From Yuukianura sp. NJ FZ-2021 (Eukaryota): a stretch of 64,000 bases of DNA. The notes beneath the pieces are model-generated. The model was not told the origin of the DNA, searched no databases, and saw only the letters and a program-made list of their open reading frames with translations. Where the stretch lies: contig CM102290.1 in assembly GCA_046563655.1 (NCBI GenBank), positions 6,448,001 to 6,512,000 on the forward strand, read 5' to 3'. This document shows positions 61,703-64,000 of the stretch, piece after piece (the stretch's first letter is position 1; each line of letters opens with the position of its first letter). The position numbers and the translations under genes were made by a program.

Positions 61703-62766
61703 GATATACACCATAGCTGGATTAGAGCATTAGAGGACCTGTCAAGTGTTTTAATTTTTTTTGAAAAGGTTCAACGTGGAGCAGGAAACTACCACCAGGC
61801 GCAGCAGACTTTGATTAAAGCCAAAGATTTTCAAAGTCGTGTTTTGAAAAGAGCCCTTATGGAACAACCGTCGATTAATGAAAAAACGAAAATCCAGTAC
61901 TCCAAAATTTGTCAATTAGTTGGCGAAATTGCGGAGCGTCTGAATGAAATTGAATTTGCAATTAAAGAGCATCAAAGAGGCAATGGAGCTACGACCAGAC
62001 GACTGGGAAATTCTATTTACTTTGTGCAAAATGTATCTCAAGGTACTCAACTTCAAGAATTTCCAAAAATTCATTTTTCAAAAATATGTTACTTTTTTTG
62101 AAATTTCAGATCAGCGATTTCTCGCACTGCCAACAAGCTTGTACGCAGTTGCAAACTTTGAATCCAGACTCTGATGCAGCGATTATGCTTGGAGAGTTAT
62201 GCTACCGTCGTGGGGATTTCGTAAATTCGCAACTCCATTACCAAAACCATCTCAGTGGAAACTTTTTGCAAATTTTCGTTCAAAATTTTAAAAATTTTAT
62301 AAAATGTTAAATAAATTTCGAAAATTTAGACAAACATCCAACCCTTCCAACCCATTGGGACTCTTTAGCTTGGTACATCGAAGGAGTAGGGCCGACGCTG
62401 CAGCGTATCTCCAAAAGCAGCATCAGTCGCTGATTCACATGAACCTGGACTGGGGTCAAATTTTGGAAAATTTTGAAAAGTTTTCAAAATTTCAGTAAAA
62501 AATCTTCAATTTTTGGAGGAATTTCTTATTCTAAACAGGAATTTTCGAATGGTACAACGGAAACGTGAATTCAGCTTTGCGAAATTTGAATTTGGCGCGG
62601 CGTGATCCAGTATTTGGTCAGCGTACGATTTTACTCATGATTGAAATCTACTTAAACCCTACACGGAACAGTACTTGTAGGAGATGCACTGGAAGCAACA
62701 ACTTCAGATCAGAAGCAGCAGTAGCCAATGGGACGCTGGATGGAAGAGAAGATGCTCCCAGGGTAG

Positions 62767-64000
62767 TGTGAGGGAGCATCACCCCCCACCACCCAACTCA
62801 GCAGATCCAGCGCCAGACGAGGAAGACGGAGCGGAGGAGCAGTTTACTCCTGGAGCGGACGGCGAGGAGAGAGGACACAGGACACAGGATCATCATTTGT
62901 ATCATATTTTATATATATTATTATTATTATTATTGATTGACTGGTTTATCTTTCAATAAACCAGTATCCAGCATCTTATTCTGTGTGCCTCATTTCAGGT
63001 TCTTATTGGTTGAGAGGATCGTTTATTTCACATTGGCGACCAGTGACTACGGAACCTTCAACTTCTAACGGTCTGAGGTCTTCACTAAATCATCAGAACT
63101 ACGCATCAGAAGGTCAGAGGTCATTCCCTACACCGATCTACGCAGATCTACGCTACGCTGAAGATCCAATTGTACATCTCAGCATCTTACATCGCTTATA
63201 AGGAAGATATGTGAAATGTAGCTTAAGTCGAGGGACGATGTACACAACAATGTCCCTGCAGTGTGTCAAAGGTCAAATTAGACGTCACATAAGCTAAAGA
63301 CATGAAGTTGAGCTAGCGTAGAGAGAGCTATTGCATCAGAGCGCATGAAGGACGTTGAAAGTCATTTGAAGGTTACCATATGAGTCATTTATAACGTAAT
63401 ATGAGTGTATAGAGAAAAGATACGACAAATAACGTACCAGAGCAAAGTTAATTAACCGAATTAGCATATTGAGAGACAAATAAGTTCAAATTCAAGGTTA
63501 TAGCATAACTTACAGAGCTTAAGTCACAATACGAGTCAGTTTCAAAGTTACAAAGCCAAGTCAAACGTAATACAAAGTTATTCACACTGAACTAGCAGAG
63601 TCACAGAATATAAAGGTCAAATCAAGGTTACTTCGTGTTCGTAAGCAAATTTAAGTTTTAGTTCAGTTATTCAGATACATTTCGTGCTAAATCAAGGTTA
63701 ATCAAGGTTATTCGAAGTTAATAAGGCAGTCTAAAGATTTATTCAAGTTTCATAGACAAAATTCAAGTTAACTCAAGGTTACTCATGCACAGTCAGTTCA
63801 TAATGTCACAGTCCTACATAAAGTAAAAGAGTCAAAGTTATCAAGTCAGAGTTGAATCTAAAGGTCAATTGAGTTCGTCAGATCGACCTTCAGAGTTCAA
63901 ACTCACATTTCCTAATCAAAGTCAAGGTTAAAATTTTCTGAAAAATAGTCAAAATGAGTGATCACGAACAAGACACAGTTAATGATACTGAAAATGAAGA
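62767..64000 (+). mobile_element. LTR retrotransposon E4, 5' end only (LTR 62767-63032, PBS, long leader, possible gag ATG at 63954)
   Basis: TGTGA...TCACA termini, AATAAA at ~62955, and PBS TGGCGACC at 63034 (same core as E3). TTC21B homology stops just upstream. Confidence 0.75.

Larger units (their letters stand above)
49842..62766 (+). pseudogene. TTC21B: TTC21B / IFT139 (TPR intraflagellar transport complex A subunit) pseudogene, multi-exon, interrupted by E3, a MITE and E4
   Basis: ATG at 49842 then gtaagt. Exons read ILYYCREGYWRSIQNVAAEGIEKF, FPNWIPSLVEKMKIAVSLEEWDQ, REGDI...EPKNA, GEAYMRIQE, KLGEALVRTHQFSKAIHFY, AKDFQSRVLKR and ARRDPVFGQ...MIEIYLNP, colinear with TTC21B as I recall it. 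Many frameshifts. Confidence 0.9.

Overview
Eukaryotic (animal, probably arthropod; GT-AG introns and ZAD-like fingers) repeat-rich, heterochromatin-like window. Bases 1-~23.9 kb are a ~544-bp satellite array. Its monomer has internal ~155-bp subrepeats and appears to contain a degenerate LTR-retrotransposon integrase fragment. The rest holds four Ty3/Gypsy LTR retrotransposons: E1 is 5'-truncated, E2 and E3 are full-length with near-identical LTRs and 4-bp TSDs, and E4 runs off the window end. Also present are small TIR elements, two decayed intron-containing ubiquitin-specific protease (USP) genes, and a TTC21B/IFT139 pseudogene hit by three insertions. The top finding is E3 (50559-58503), which carries between pol and the 3' LTR an intact, intronless ORF encoding an Rrp6/EXOSC10-like DEDDy 3'-5' exoribonuclease with an HRDC domain and a CCHC knuckle. 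E1 and E2 also carry non-env extra ORFs at the same position, sharing short motifs with each other or with E3. Some frameshifts could be long-read consensus errors. All family calls come from motifs recognised by eye; no searches were run.
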